NCBI GenBank assembly: GCA_022824585.1
Contig: JAJDZN010000124.1
Coordinates: forward strand, 2,029 to 66,028
Length of the DNA stretch: 64,000 nucleotides
Reading direction: 5' to 3'
From: Bryobacterales bacterium
GTDB taxonomy: Bacteria; Acidobacteriota; Terriglobia; Bryobacterales; UBA6623
Both the position numbers and the translations under genes were made by a program. Numbering within the stretch: position 1 is the first letter of the stretch; every line of letters begins with the position of its first letter. This document shows, in pieces, positions 48,853 through 58,078 of this stretch. A model generated the notes under the pieces. That model did not search any database, was not told the DNA's origin, and saw only the letters and a program-made list of their open reading frames with translations.

Positions 48853-49830
48853 CTATCGCGACGGCGTGCCTACATGGCGGACGGTCGCTCCGGTCGGCAC
48901 GAGCTTGTCGCCCCGGACCTGCAAGCCGCCTTCTGGCATCGGTGGGCCGTCGTGGTCCCGGAAGTACAGGGGCAATCCTTCGGAAAAGTTGAGCGGGCGA
49001 CCCCGGGGATTCTGGCGCTGGTGGTGGATGTGAATGTGGGGCTCGCTGGTATTGCCCGAGTTGCCGCAGGCACCGATGGGCTGGCCCTCTTCGACTTGGT
49101 CGCCGCGCTTCACCAGCACGCTGCCCTGTTGCAGATGTGCGATCAGCAGGTAGGTCCCGCTGTCGAGCCTGAGCGCTACTGAATTGCCGGCCGGGTTCCT
49201 TATATCCATGCTTGCTTTGCCCGGCACGTGATCCGGCAGCCCGTCTACTGCCATGGCCACGGTCGCTGCAGCCGGCGCGACGACAGCAGTGCCGTAGCAG
49301 CCGTAGTCGGCGAGATCCTCGCTGCCCTGCATGGCCGGTTCGACCAGCAGGTCGTAGGCCCAGCGCTGGTCGGGGTAGGCGGCGTGATAGTTCGTGGCGA
49401 GGCTGTCGCCGCCCCAGCCGACGCGCAGTTCTTCGTTGGAGGGCAAGCGAACGGTCGCAGCGGGCGAAGAAGTCTCCAAGCTGAAAGGGAACGTAATGGT
49501 GAGGATTCCGAATCCCCACAGGGCGGGCCAGAAGGCTACTGCCGCCAGTCCGAACGTCACTTGCATCGGGCGGCTGAAGCGTCGCTTGTGCAAGGCGTGC
49601 GCGAGCAGCGCCATGAGTGAGACAGGGGCGAGCGTCTGGCCCGCCGTCACCAGCGCCAGCCAGCCTACGACGGCAGTCATGCCGCCCGACAAGTACATTG
49701 CCCACGCGGAAACGAGCACCAAAACCAACGTACCGGGCAGGCACCAGCGCAACACTGGCCAGCATCGCGCAAGAGCGGTTCTGAACCGGCGTAGGATCGA
49801 TGGGCTCCAGTCCGCCATTGCCGGTGGCAA
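48853..49830 (-). CDS. M23-family metallopeptidase with N-terminal membrane domain
   Basis: NSGNTSEPHIHIHHQ (HxH) and the upstream H/D metal-ligand region. Four N-terminal TMs. Confidence 0.85.
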   Translation of the reverse strand: MPPAMADWSPSILRRFRTALARCWPVLRWCLPGTLVLVLVSAWAMYLSGGMTAVVGWLALVTAGQTLAPVSLMALLAHALHKRRFSRPMQVTFGLAAVAFWPALWGFGILTITFPFSLETSSPAATVRLPSNEELRVGWGGDSLATNYHAAYPDQRWAYDLLVEPAMQGSEDLADYGCYGTAVVAPAAATVAMAVDGLPDHVPGKASMDIRNPAGNSVALRLDSGTYLLIAHLQQGSVLVKRGDQVEEGQPIGACGNSGNTSEPHIHIHHQRQNPRGRPLNFSEGLPLYFRDHDGPPMPEGGLQVRGDKLVPTGATVRHVGTPSR

Positions 49831-49956
49831 GTTCCAGCCTGCCCCATTATTGCGTAGGGCCTTGGCCGGTAAGCCAGAGCGACTTCGGCCTAGGCTTCGG
49901 CTTGGCCAATCCCCATCACGCTAACGGATGTACGGATGGGCTGCTAGGAATCGACC

Positions 49957-50362
49957 ATGCGCGTTGCGATCCTTACGCTGCTTGCGTGCCTGGGCGCGCT
50001 TGGCCAGCAAGTACTGCCGCAGGATCAAGGTATCAGCGGATTGGGCCAGACACTGCAGCGACTGGCCTCTCCGTATCGCGTGCTGCACATGGTGGCTCAC
50101 CCCAATGATGAGGACGGCCCAACACGCCCATGCCTGAGCCGCGGACTCGGCGCCGAGGTCGTGATCGCTTCGGTCACCCGCGGCGAGTCCGGCGCGAACC
50201 GGGTCGCGGACGACTTCTTCGACGCGCTGGGGATCTTGAGGACGCTCGAGTTTCGCAAGGCCGAGCAATACCACGGAGCCGACTTGCGGTTCACACGCTT
50301 CGCCGACTTCGGCTGTCCGAAGACATTGGAGGAAACGCTCTCGAACTGGGACAAGACTCAAT
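49957..50362 (+). pseudogene. 5' fragment of a large PIG-L/LmbE-family deacetylase gene
   Basis: Signal peptide, VLHMVAHPNDEDG (the family motif is AHPDDE), VTRGESG, and RTLEFRKAEQYHGADLRFTRFADFG. Similarity stops near SNWDKT, and only about 135 aa of a much longer family are present. Confidence 0.55.
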
Positions 50363-50398
50363 CGGCTCGACATCCCACAATGGGAAATATTGGCGTGT

Positions 50399-50692
50399 GT
50401 GCGGATTGTCGCGAAGCGAATATCGTGCACGTACTGGGAAACCGAGCGCCGAGCAGGGCAGCCGCTTAAGCCTTGGCATGGGTTCGCGTCGAAGGCCGAA
50501 TGGCCATCGCCTAGTGCAGTGAAGGCGGACTACAGAAATGCAAGCATCGTCGGCAAGGATCGAGTCGTCTTCAGTATCGGCGGGAACAGGTGCCGTCTTG
50601 TCGTACGCTTCGACTAAGCACGCCGTATCGGATTCGTCAGATTCGTGGGAACGCATGCCGAGCATGACCGAATCGATGCTTCTTGTATCTGA
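50399..50692 (+). pseudogene. higB: higB-family toxin gene interrupted by an in-frame TAA
   Basis: (M)RIVAKR...QPLKPWHGFASKAEWPSPSAVKADYRNASIVGKDRVVFSIGGNRCRLVVRFD-TAA-ARRIGFVRFVGTHAEHDRIDASCI-TGA, all in one frame. The TAA (50615-50617) replaces the Tyr usually found in this block. Confidence 0.75.
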
Positions 50693-50701
50693 GGGTTCAG
50701 C

Positions 50702-51082
50702 ATGAAGATCAAGCCCATCAAGTGCAACGCGGACTACGACGCAGCCTCGACTGCAATCGACAGTCTTATGGGCGCCGCGCCAGACACACCCGAGGGCGAC
50801 GAGCTCGAGGTTCTGGTCACGCTCGTAGAGGCGTACGAAGCCGAGCGCTGGCCAATTGAGGCACCGGACCCCATTTCAGCGATCGAACATTTCATGGAAG
50901 CGCACGGCCTCCGGCAGAGGGACTTCGCCGCCCTGATTGGATCCCAGCCACGAGCCTCTGAGGTGCTAAACCGCCGTCGTCCCCTGACCTTGTCGATGAT
51001 CCGTGCCTTGTCGAGCAAGTGGAACCTCCCGGCCGATGTCTTGGTTCGTGAGTACGACCTCACGAAGGCTCCGGCCGCTTGA
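50702..51082 (+). CDS. higA: HigA-family antitoxin (XRE HTH)
   Basis: Typical COG5499-like layout: an N-terminal EYD/A..ID.L helix, then the HTH GLRQRDFAALIGSQPRASEVLNRRRPLT. GAGGG lies upstream of the ATG. Confidence 0.85.
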   Translation: MKIKPIKCNADYDAASTAIDSLMGAAPDTPEGDELEVLVTLVEAYEAERWPIEAPDPISAIEHFMEAHGLRQRDFAALIGSQPRASEVLNRRRPLTLSMIRALSSKWNLPADVLVREYDLTKAPAA

Positions 51083-51381
51083 TCACTGTTGGGACGAGCC
51101 CGAGGCCTTTCGCCAAACGAGCCGGCGCGATCGTCGCGTCTGTGCGCATTCGCATTCATCCTGCCGAGGATTGCAACGTCACCGAATGCGTTCGGGCGGG
51201 CGAGCATTGGCGCCGCAGGCTTGGGGTTTCCATGCGCGCACCATGTCGCCCTGCTCCAGCGTCCGGCGCGTCCTTGAGTGTGCTAGTCTCCAACACGGGG
51301 AGGCGCCATGGCGCAGGTGTCGCCGGCCGTGGGGCCGGCACTGCTGTCCGTGGTGGGCCTGCCTCCCCTTGGAAGCCCGCG

Positions 51382-53763
51382 ATGAACGCTTGCTTGCGCC
51401 TCGGAGCGCTGTTGATGGTGGGTTCCGCGCTGTCTTCGGGCGCGAGCCGCGAGCGATTGGAACAGGCTCTCGACAACGAAATCCGGCCGCTGCTTGCGAC
51501 CTACTGCATCCGTTGCCACGGCCCCGAGGTACAGACAGTCGGAATCGACTTCAGCGTCTTTGACGATCACGGCTCCGTCCTTCGCTCCCGCCCTCTGTGG
51601 CTGCGTGCCCTGCGCGTGCTGCGCGAGAACGAAATGCCCCCGGCCGGAGCGCAGCCGACTGTTGAGGAGCGCCGGCGGATGGTCGCGTGGATCGACGCCG
51701 CCGTCAACAATCTCGATTGGAGCGAACACCGCCAGCCGGGATCGGTCACGATCCCCCGCCTCAATCGCGAGGAGTACAACAACACCATCCGCGACCTGAC
51801 CGGGCTTGACCTGCGCCCGGGAGACGCGTTTCCAGCGGACGGGCAGGGCGAAAGCGGGTTCCGCAACGACCGAGACGGGCTCTTCGTGGCCCCGGTCTTG
51901 GCCGAGAAGTACCTGCAGGCCGCAGGTCGCGTCGTGGACGAGCTGATCGCTACCAAGACGGAGAAGGATCCGCTCAACGTTCGTCTGGAAATCGAGGATT
52001 TCTTCCGCACCGAGACGAATCACGAGTTCACTCCTTACGGTCTTGACCTGCGCAATTACCAGCAGACGGTCTACCGCTACGTCACATTTCCTCGGTTTGG
52101 CCGCTACCGCTTCCGCGTCCGGGCTTGGGGCGAGTCGCCCGCCGAGGGCCAGCTGCCCGGTGTCACGCTGCGTGTCGGCGGGCGCATGGTGGGCCAGTCG
52201 CATGTGGCCGCCGATCCCCAATTTCCCGCCATCTACGAATTCGAAGCGAACATCCCGCGCGGCAGCCACCGCGTATCGCTCCATTGGTTCAAATCCCCGA
52301 CTGCCCTGACGAACGACCACAACCGCCGCTTGGCAGAAGAGCATCAGCGGGCACGGGAGCTGGCCAAGGCCGAGGGCAAGAAACCGCCAGCAGCCGTCGT
52401 GCTCTTGTCCTTGGACTGGGTCGAGGTTGCAGAGGCGCTGGAAGCAGGACAGGACGGCTCGCTGGTCTGGACTGCCGCGCCTAGTCCGGGCCTTGACGAT
52501 CGACAGGCGGCTCGGCGCATCATCGCGACGTTCGCGCAGCGCGCCTATCGGCGGCCTGCCCGCCCGGACGAGGTTGACTCGCTGCTGGCGTTCTATGGCC
52601 GCGCAGCCGGGCGGGGAGAATCGTTTGAGCAGTCCGTGGGATTGGCGCTGCGCGCCGCGCTGGCCTCGCCGAAGTTCCTCTTCCGACACGAGAGTGGCGG
52701 CGCTGCGGCCGGCGATTACCGGCTGGACGACTTCGAGCTCGCGTCCCGGCTGTCGTACTTCCTCTGGATGTCGATGCCCGACGCGGAACTGATGGACCTA
52801 GCCCGAGCGGGGTCCTTGGGAGACCCGCAGACCTTGGAATGGCAAGTCTCGCGCATGATCGCTGATCCCAAGTCCGAGGCCTTCATCGAGGCCTTTTTTG
52901 GACAGTGGCTGGGCTTCGCTGACCTCGGCGGCACGCTCAAGCCCGATGATGTCGCTTTTCCCGAGTTCACGCCGGCCCTGGGTGAGGCTATGGTGCTGGA
53001 GGCCAAGAGGTTCTTCGGCCGGATCGTGCGCGAGGATCGCAGCCTGCTGGAGATCCTGGATTCCGGCTACAGCTATCTCAACGAGGATCTCGCCAAACAC
53101 TACGGACTGGAAGGTGTGGTTGGTCGCGAACAGCGACTGGTAGAGTTCGAGGACGCGCGCAGGGGCGGCGTGCTTGGCATGGGGGCCATCTTGGTGGCGA
53201 CCTCGCTGCCCACGCGCACGAGCCCGGTAGTGCGCGGAAAGTGGGTCCTCGAGACCATGCTCGGCGAGGAATTGCCGCCTCCTCCGCCTGACGCCGGCGA
53301 ACTGGCCGAGCCAGGCGAAAGCTCCGCGGGCATGACCATGCGGCAGATGTATGAGATGCACCGCGACGAGCAGCGCTGCGCCGTCTGCCATGACGAGATC
53401 GATCCGATCGGCTTCGGGCTGGAGAACTTCGACGCCATCGGCCGCTGGCGCGACAGCGACAACGGACAGCCGATCGATGCCACCGGGACGCTGCCGAGCG
53501 GGGAGAGCTTCGCGGGTCCGGTGGAGTTGAAGAAGATCTTGCTGGGGCGGAGCAGAGAATTCGCCGAGATGATCAGTGGGCAGATGCTGGGTTTCGCTTT
53601 GGGCCGAAATCTGGAATACTATGACCAGCCAATCGTCGAGGAGATCAGCCGCGCTGTGATCCGCAGCGACTACAGCGCGCGAGCGCTGATCACCGAGATA
53701 GTTGCCAGTTATCCGTTCCGCTTCCGGCGGGGCGCCGCGGACAGCCGCGAGGAGAGCGAGTGA
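51382..53763 (+). CDS. DUF1587/DUF1592/DUF1595/DUF1588/DUF1585-family protein (cytochrome c-like N-terminus)
   Basis: Signal peptide, CIRCHG, and the C-terminal CAVCHDEIDPIGFGLENFDAIGRWRD. The ATG at 51382 is preferred; the track ORF has a low-complexity extension back to 51079. Confidence 0.85.
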   Translation: MNACLRLGALLMVGSALSSGASRERLEQALDNEIRPLLATYCIRCHGPEVQTVGIDFSVFDDHGSVLRSRPLWLRALRVLRENEMPPAGAQPTVEERRRMVAWIDAAVNNLDWSEHRQPGSVTIPRLNREEYNNTIRDLTGLDLRPGDAFPADGQGESGFRNDRDGLFVAPVLAEKYLQAAGRVVDELIATKTEKDPLNVRLEIEDFFRTETNHEFTPYGLDLRNYQQTVYRYVTFPRFGRYRFRVRAWGESPAEGQLPGVTLRVGGRMVGQSHVAADPQFPAIYEFEANIPRGSHRVSLHWFKSPTALTNDHNRRLAEEHQRARELAKAEGKKPPAAVVLLSLDWVEVAEALEAGQDGSLVWTAAPSPGLDDRQAARRIIATFAQRAYRRPARPDEVDSLLAFYGRAAGRGESFEQSVGLALRAALASPKFLFRHESGGAAAGDYRLDDFELASRLSYFLWMSMPDAELMDLARAGSLGDPQTLEWQVSRMIADPKSEAFIEAFFGQWLGFADLGGTLKPDDVAFPEFTPALGEAMVLEAKRFFGRIVREDRSLLEILDSGYSYLNEDLAKHYGLEGVVGREQRLVEFEDARRGGVLGMGAILVATSLPTRTSPVVRGKWVLETMLGEELPPPPPDAGELAEPGESSAGMTMRQMYEMHRDEQRCAVCHDEIDPIGFGLENFDAIGRWRDSDNGQPIDATGTLPSGESFAGPVELKKILLGRSREFAEMISGQMLGFALGRNLEYYDQPIVEEISRAVIRSDYSARALITEIVASYPFRFRRGAADSREESE

Positions 53764-55094
53764 TGGCACGCAAGAGAATTTCCCGGAGAGCGGTATTGCG
53801 CGGTGCCGGGGTGACGATGGCACTTCCGCTTCTCGACGTGATGGAACGGGCGCGGGGGGCAGCGCGCGTCGCCACCGGGACGGCCCCGGTGCGACTGGCC
53901 ACGCTGTTCCACCCCAACGGCGTCTACCCGCAGAACTGGGATCCGGACGGAGTCGGGCGCGATTACAAGCTGTCCCGCATCCTCGAGCCGCTGGCTCCGG
54001 TTCGCGACCACGTCAGCGTGATCTCGAACCTGGGCACTGGGGCGCAGGGCCACGTTGGCGCCACGTCCGCATTCCTGACCGGCACTCCGCTGCACAAGAA
54101 AGCGGCAGGACGGATCAACACGCCCAACATGGGCACCTCGCTGGACCAGTTCGTAGCCGAGCGGATCGGTGGCAGGACCGGCATGCCTTCGCTGGAAATC
54201 GGGGCAGAACCGCCTCGTTCGGGCGGAGAGAACGGACTGGCGATCTCGTACGCCAACACCGTTTCGTGGCGCTCCGACAACACCAAGGTCGATCCCGAGA
54301 TCGAGCCGCAGGCCGTCTTTGACCGGCTGTTCGGGGTCAGCAAGAAGACGCGACGGCAACTCGCCGACGAGGCCAGCATCATCGACCACGTGCTCGACGA
54401 TGCCAAGAGCCTGCGCGCCGGGGGCAGTGCCGGGGACCGGCGCAAGCTGGACGAGTTCCTCACCTCGGTGCGCGACGTGGAAGGCCGCATCGAGCGCAAT
54501 CTGAACCCGGCCGACACCGAGGCCGAGTGGAAGCCCGTGATCGAGCCCGAGCTGTTCAGACCCGAGGCCGGTATCCCGCAGACGCGAGACGAACATCTGC
54601 GGCAGATGCTGGATCTGATGGTGCTGGCGTTCCAGACCGACACCACGCGCGTGGCGACGTTCATGATGGCGCACGGCTTCAGCCGCCAGAACTTCACGTT
54701 CTTGGATGGCGTCAACGGAGACCATCACTCGATCTCGCACCACAAGGAGAATCCCGAGCTGACCGAGCCCTACACCATCGTCAGCCGCTGGTATGTCTCG
54801 CAACTTGTCTACTTGGTCGAGAAGATGGGCGCCGTCGACGAGGGCGAGGGGCGCTCGCTGCTGGACAACACAATGATCCTGTACGGTTCGGCGCTGAAGA
54901 ACGGCAACGGCCACACCACGCAGAACCTGCCCGTCCTGCTGGCTGGGCGCGGTGGCGGCAAGCTCAATCCCGGGTGCCGGATCGTGCTGCCGGAAGAGAC
55001 GCCGATCACGAACCTCCATCTGACGCTGGCGCAGCACATGGGGGTCGACGCCGACCGCTTCAATACAAGTACTGGCGTGATCGCCGACCTGTGA
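53763..55094 (+). CDS. DUF1552 domain protein (Tat-like signal)
   Basis: ISRRAVLRGAGVTMALPLLD and the GDHHSISHH motif. Its start overlaps the upstream stop (TGATG). Confidence 0.85.
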   Translation: MARKRISRRAVLRGAGVTMALPLLDVMERARGAARVATGTAPVRLATLFHPNGVYPQNWDPDGVGRDYKLSRILEPLAPVRDHVSVISNLGTGAQGHVGATSAFLTGTPLHKKAAGRINTPNMGTSLDQFVAERIGGRTGMPSLEIGAEPPRSGGENGLAISYANTVSWRSDNTKVDPEIEPQAVFDRLFGVSKKTRRQLADEASIIDHVLDDAKSLRAGGSAGDRRKLDEFLTSVRDVEGRIERNLNPADTEAEWKPVIEPELFRPEAGIPQTRDEHLRQMLDLMVLAFQTDTTRVATFMMAHGFSRQNFTFLDGVNGDHHSISHHKENPELTEPYTIVSRWYVSQLVYLVEKMGAVDEGEGRSLLDNTMILYGSALKNGNGHTTQNLPVLLAGRGGGKLNPGCRIVLPEETPITNLHLTLAQHMGVDADRFNTSTGVIADL

Positions 55095-55195
55095 CGTCAG
55101 GGCGGTGAGGCGGGGCGATCCTGCGACACCCCCGCAGGCGGACCTCTCCTGGATGGGCCGGCGCAATCGGCTGGCTGCGGCCGTCCGGCCGATCA

Positions 55196-56152
55196 TCACT
55201 CGCCGAGAAATGCTTCCAGCTTGGCCTTTGCGTCGCTGAAGTAGTCCGGCAAGTCCTCCACCGCGCCGCCGATTTCGAACACGAGCAGGCCCTCGTATTC
55301 GATCTGTCGGAGTTTCGCTATGAGGCGCGGGTAGTCGACGAAGCCGTGGACTAGCGGCTTGTGTTCGGCCCAGGTATCCGGCTCGATGTCGTGGACGTGC
55401 ATATGGAAGATCTTGGGCCCTAGCGCGTCGATGATCTCGTGCGTGACGTCGTTATAGGCTCTGATCCCGGCGGCCGTTCCCCTTTCCTCAGGACCCACCC
55501 GAGCGACTAGCTCGGCGTAGTTCTTCTGGTGGCCCACGTCGATGGTCGCGCCGACGTGGTCGTGATCGACTTCGCGAACCAGTCTCGTGAAGTCCGCCAC
55601 GGATTCGGGATAGCCGGTCTCGAGGGCTAGCCGAAAGCCGAAGTCCCGCGCCATGTCTCCCCAGCGGCGAAAGGTGCTGATCAGCATCGGCCAGGCGTCT
55701 TGCAGGGACAGATGCGCGGAACGCTGCACATGGATGTTGGCCAGTTCGGCGCCGACGAAGGCCGAGGCCTCGAGAGCGACGTCAATCCGCTCGACCCCGA
55801 ACGCATGGGACGGCCCGAACGGCGAGAAGTAGGGCGTGTCGACCCATGGCAGGTGCGTGGAGACGTAGCGGAACGGGTCCACTGCCGCCTTGAGCCGAGC
55901 CCGGCCCTCGGCCCCAAGATCTCTGAATTCAAAGCCGGGCGGCACGCCCGGGCGCGCCGCCACCGGACCCATCGGGTGCAGTTCGATGGTCTGGAAGCCG
56001 AGGTCCCGCAAGATCCCGATTGACCGATACAGTCCGTATCCCGGGAAGTAAGGGTTTGCTCCGATGACGGCCGGGTCGAGGCCGCGCTTCTGCGCCTGGG
56101 CCTTGATGGCGGCTGCTCCGAGAGAAACCTGGAGAAAGCGACGGCGGTGCAT
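55196..56152 (-). CDS. sugar phosphate isomerase/epimerase (xylose isomerase-like TIM barrel) with Tat signal
   Basis: MHRRRFLQVSLGAAAIKAQA followed by a TIM-barrel pattern (IELH, LALETG, HMHVHD). Confidence 0.85.
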   Translation of the reverse strand: MHRRRFLQVSLGAAAIKAQAQKRGLDPAVIGANPYFPGYGLYRSIGILRDLGFQTIELHPMGPVAARPGVPPGFEFRDLGAEGRARLKAAVDPFRYVSTHLPWVDTPYFSPFGPSHAFGVERIDVALEASAFVGAELANIHVQRSAHLSLQDAWPMLISTFRRWGDMARDFGFRLALETGYPESVADFTRLVREVDHDHVGATIDVGHQKNYAELVARVGPEERGTAAGIRAYNDVTHEIIDALGPKIFHMHVHDIEPDTWAEHKPLVHGFVDYPRLIAKLRQIEYEGLLVFEIGGAVEDLPDYFSDAKAKLEAFLGE

Positions 56153-56229
56153 GAACCCTCCCTGTCTGGCCTGGGCGGCCGCGACAGCGGCCATTTTGGC
56201 ACGGCCCGGGTCCGCGGCGCGCCGATCGG

Positions 56230-56736
56230 TCAGTCCTCGTCTCCGACGACCTCCACCGCCACGGCCCCAGCCGCGCGAAGCGACTCTGCGAGTCTTGCGG
56301 TGTCTGGCGCCCCCGCAACTTGCAGCACCACGCCGAGGTCCGGCAGGGCCGGCACGGGAGCGCGCTTACGCCCGCGGAGCAATCCGGACTCCCACAGCAG
56401 GGCTGCGAATATGCCGATGACCGCCCCGGCCATGGTTGTTTCGAAAGTGACCACGCCGGTTGCCCAGCCGGAATTGATCGGCATCCCGCCGGTGATCAGC
56501 GGATAGTCGCGCTGGATCCAGTACATCAGCGCGGTCGCTCCGCCGCCCACAGTGATTGCCGAGAGCACAGCTGCTAGCGACATGCGGCTGCGCCTGGCCA
56601 GCGGAGCGGGGTCCAACTCCACCGGTCGCAACGAATAGAGCTCCATCGCGCTCTTGGAGATTCCCGCAGCGGCCAGATCGCTGATCGCCGTCGCGGCGTG
56701 CTCGCCGCACGAAAACTCAGCGTGCACGTACTCCAT
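56230..56736 (-). CDS. actD: DUF3341 protein (ActD-like)
   Basis: An N-terminal soluble domain followed by two TMs. It sits directly after an NrfD-like gene, overlapping it by 20 nt. Confidence 0.7.
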   Translation of the reverse strand: MEYVHAEFSCGEHAATAISDLAAAGISKSAMELYSLRPVELDPAPLARRSRMSLAAVLSAITVGGGATALMYWIQRDYPLITGGMPINSGWATGVVTFETTMAGAVIGIFAALLWESGLLRGRKRAPVPALPDLGVVLQVAGAPDTARLAESLRAAGAVAVEVVGDED

Positions 56737-58045
56737 CGTCGTACTCCCAGATGGCAATGATCGGAAACGCCTTGACGAACAGCAGGTACAGCAGCACCAT
56801 TGCCGCGAATGTCCCCGCTGTGATCGAGAGCTCGATCCAGCTCGGCGCGTAGCTGCCCCAGGCCGCCGCTAGCGGCGGGGTTGACAGCGTCGGAACCACG
56901 ATCAGGAACCGCTCGAGCCACATCCCGACGAGCACTGCAGCGCTGCTGACGGCAATGGTCGGGATGCTGCGCAACTTCGAGATCCCTAGCAGGACGAACG
57001 GGATGACGAAGTTGCAGGCCACCATCGTCCAAAAGAACATGCCGTAGAGGCCGTGTTCCCGGATTTGGAACACGCGGATCTCGGAGGGCAGGTTGCCATA
57101 CCAAGTGGTGAGGTGCTCCGAGAACGTGAAGTAGCCCCAGATCAGGCTCATCAACAGCAGCAGCTTGCTCAGGTTCACGAAGTGGACTTCGCGAAGATAC
57201 TTCTCCAAGCCCATCATCTTGCGCAACGCTGCCATGACCAGCACCAGCGCAGCAATTCCGCTGAAGATCGCGCCGACCACGAAATACGGCGCGAAGATCG
57301 TGTTGTGCCAAGTCGGCATGACCGACATCGAGAAGTCGTAAGCGACCACCGAATGCACCGAGACCGCGATCGCCAGGATCACAACCGCCATCAGCTTCAT
57401 GGAACGCTCCAAGGCCTGCCATTGCCGGTCCGAGCCCGTCCATCCGAGCGACAGGGCCCGATAGATGCGACGCTTCGCTCCCTTGCTGTGGTTCGCCAGC
57501 TCGGCTAGGTCCGGGATCAGGGGCAGGTAGAGATAGATGACGCTGCCCGACAGGTACGTCAGGATCGCGGTCAGATCCCAGAACAGCGGAGAGCGAAAGT
57601 TCGGCCACAGCAGGCGCTCGTTGGGATAGGGCAGCATCCAGTAGAAGAACCACGGGCGGCTGATGTGGATCAGGGGGAACAGGCCGCCGATCATCAAGCA
57701 GAAGACGGTAATCGCTTCGGCCGCGCGGGTGACGGGCTTGCGCCATTCCGCTCCGGTCAATCGCAGGATCGCGGAAATCAGCGTTCCGGCATGCGAAATG
57801 CCGATCCAGAAGACGAAGTTGACGATGTAGAAGCCCCAGTAGACCGGCCGCCGGACACCTGTGCTGCCGAAACCGTTAACGATCTGGTAGCCCCATGCGA
57901 ACAGAGCCCAGGCCACGACCATGCCGCAAACGGCTACTCCCGCCAGATACGGCGCGCTGGCACCGCGCATGCGCCCGAGCAAGTCGGCGCGGACGCTTGC
58001 GTGGCTCGAAGCCGGAGTCAGGGCTGTGGTCGGAACGGCGTCCAT
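56717..58045 (-). CDS. actC: NrfD/PsrC-family polytopic quinone-interacting membrane subunit (ActC-like)
   Basis: 442 aa and about 10 TMs. The WGFYIVNFVFWIGISHAGTLISAILR block is typical of NrfD. Confidence 0.85.
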   Translation of the reverse strand: MDAVPTTALTPASSHASVRADLLGRMRGASAPYLAGVAVCGMVVAWALFAWGYQIVNGFGSTGVRRPVYWGFYIVNFVFWIGISHAGTLISAILRLTGAEWRKPVTRAAEAITVFCLMIGGLFPLIHISRPWFFYWMLPYPNERLLWPNFRSPLFWDLTAILTYLSGSVIYLYLPLIPDLAELANHSKGAKRRIYRALSLGWTGSDRQWQALERSMKLMAVVILAIAVSVHSVVAYDFSMSVMPTWHNTIFAPYFVVGAIFSGIAALVLVMAALRKMMGLEKYLREVHFVNLSKLLLLMSLIWGYFTFSEHLTTWYGNLPSEIRVFQIREHGLYGMFFWTMVACNFVIPFVLLGISKLRSIPTIAVSSAAVLVGMWLERFLIVVPTLSTPPLAAAWGSYAPSWIELSITAGTFAAMVLLYLLFVKAFPIIAIWEYDDGVRAR

Positions 58046-58078
58046 CGCTGCAAATGCTGGGGCGCGCGAGTCGTGGCG

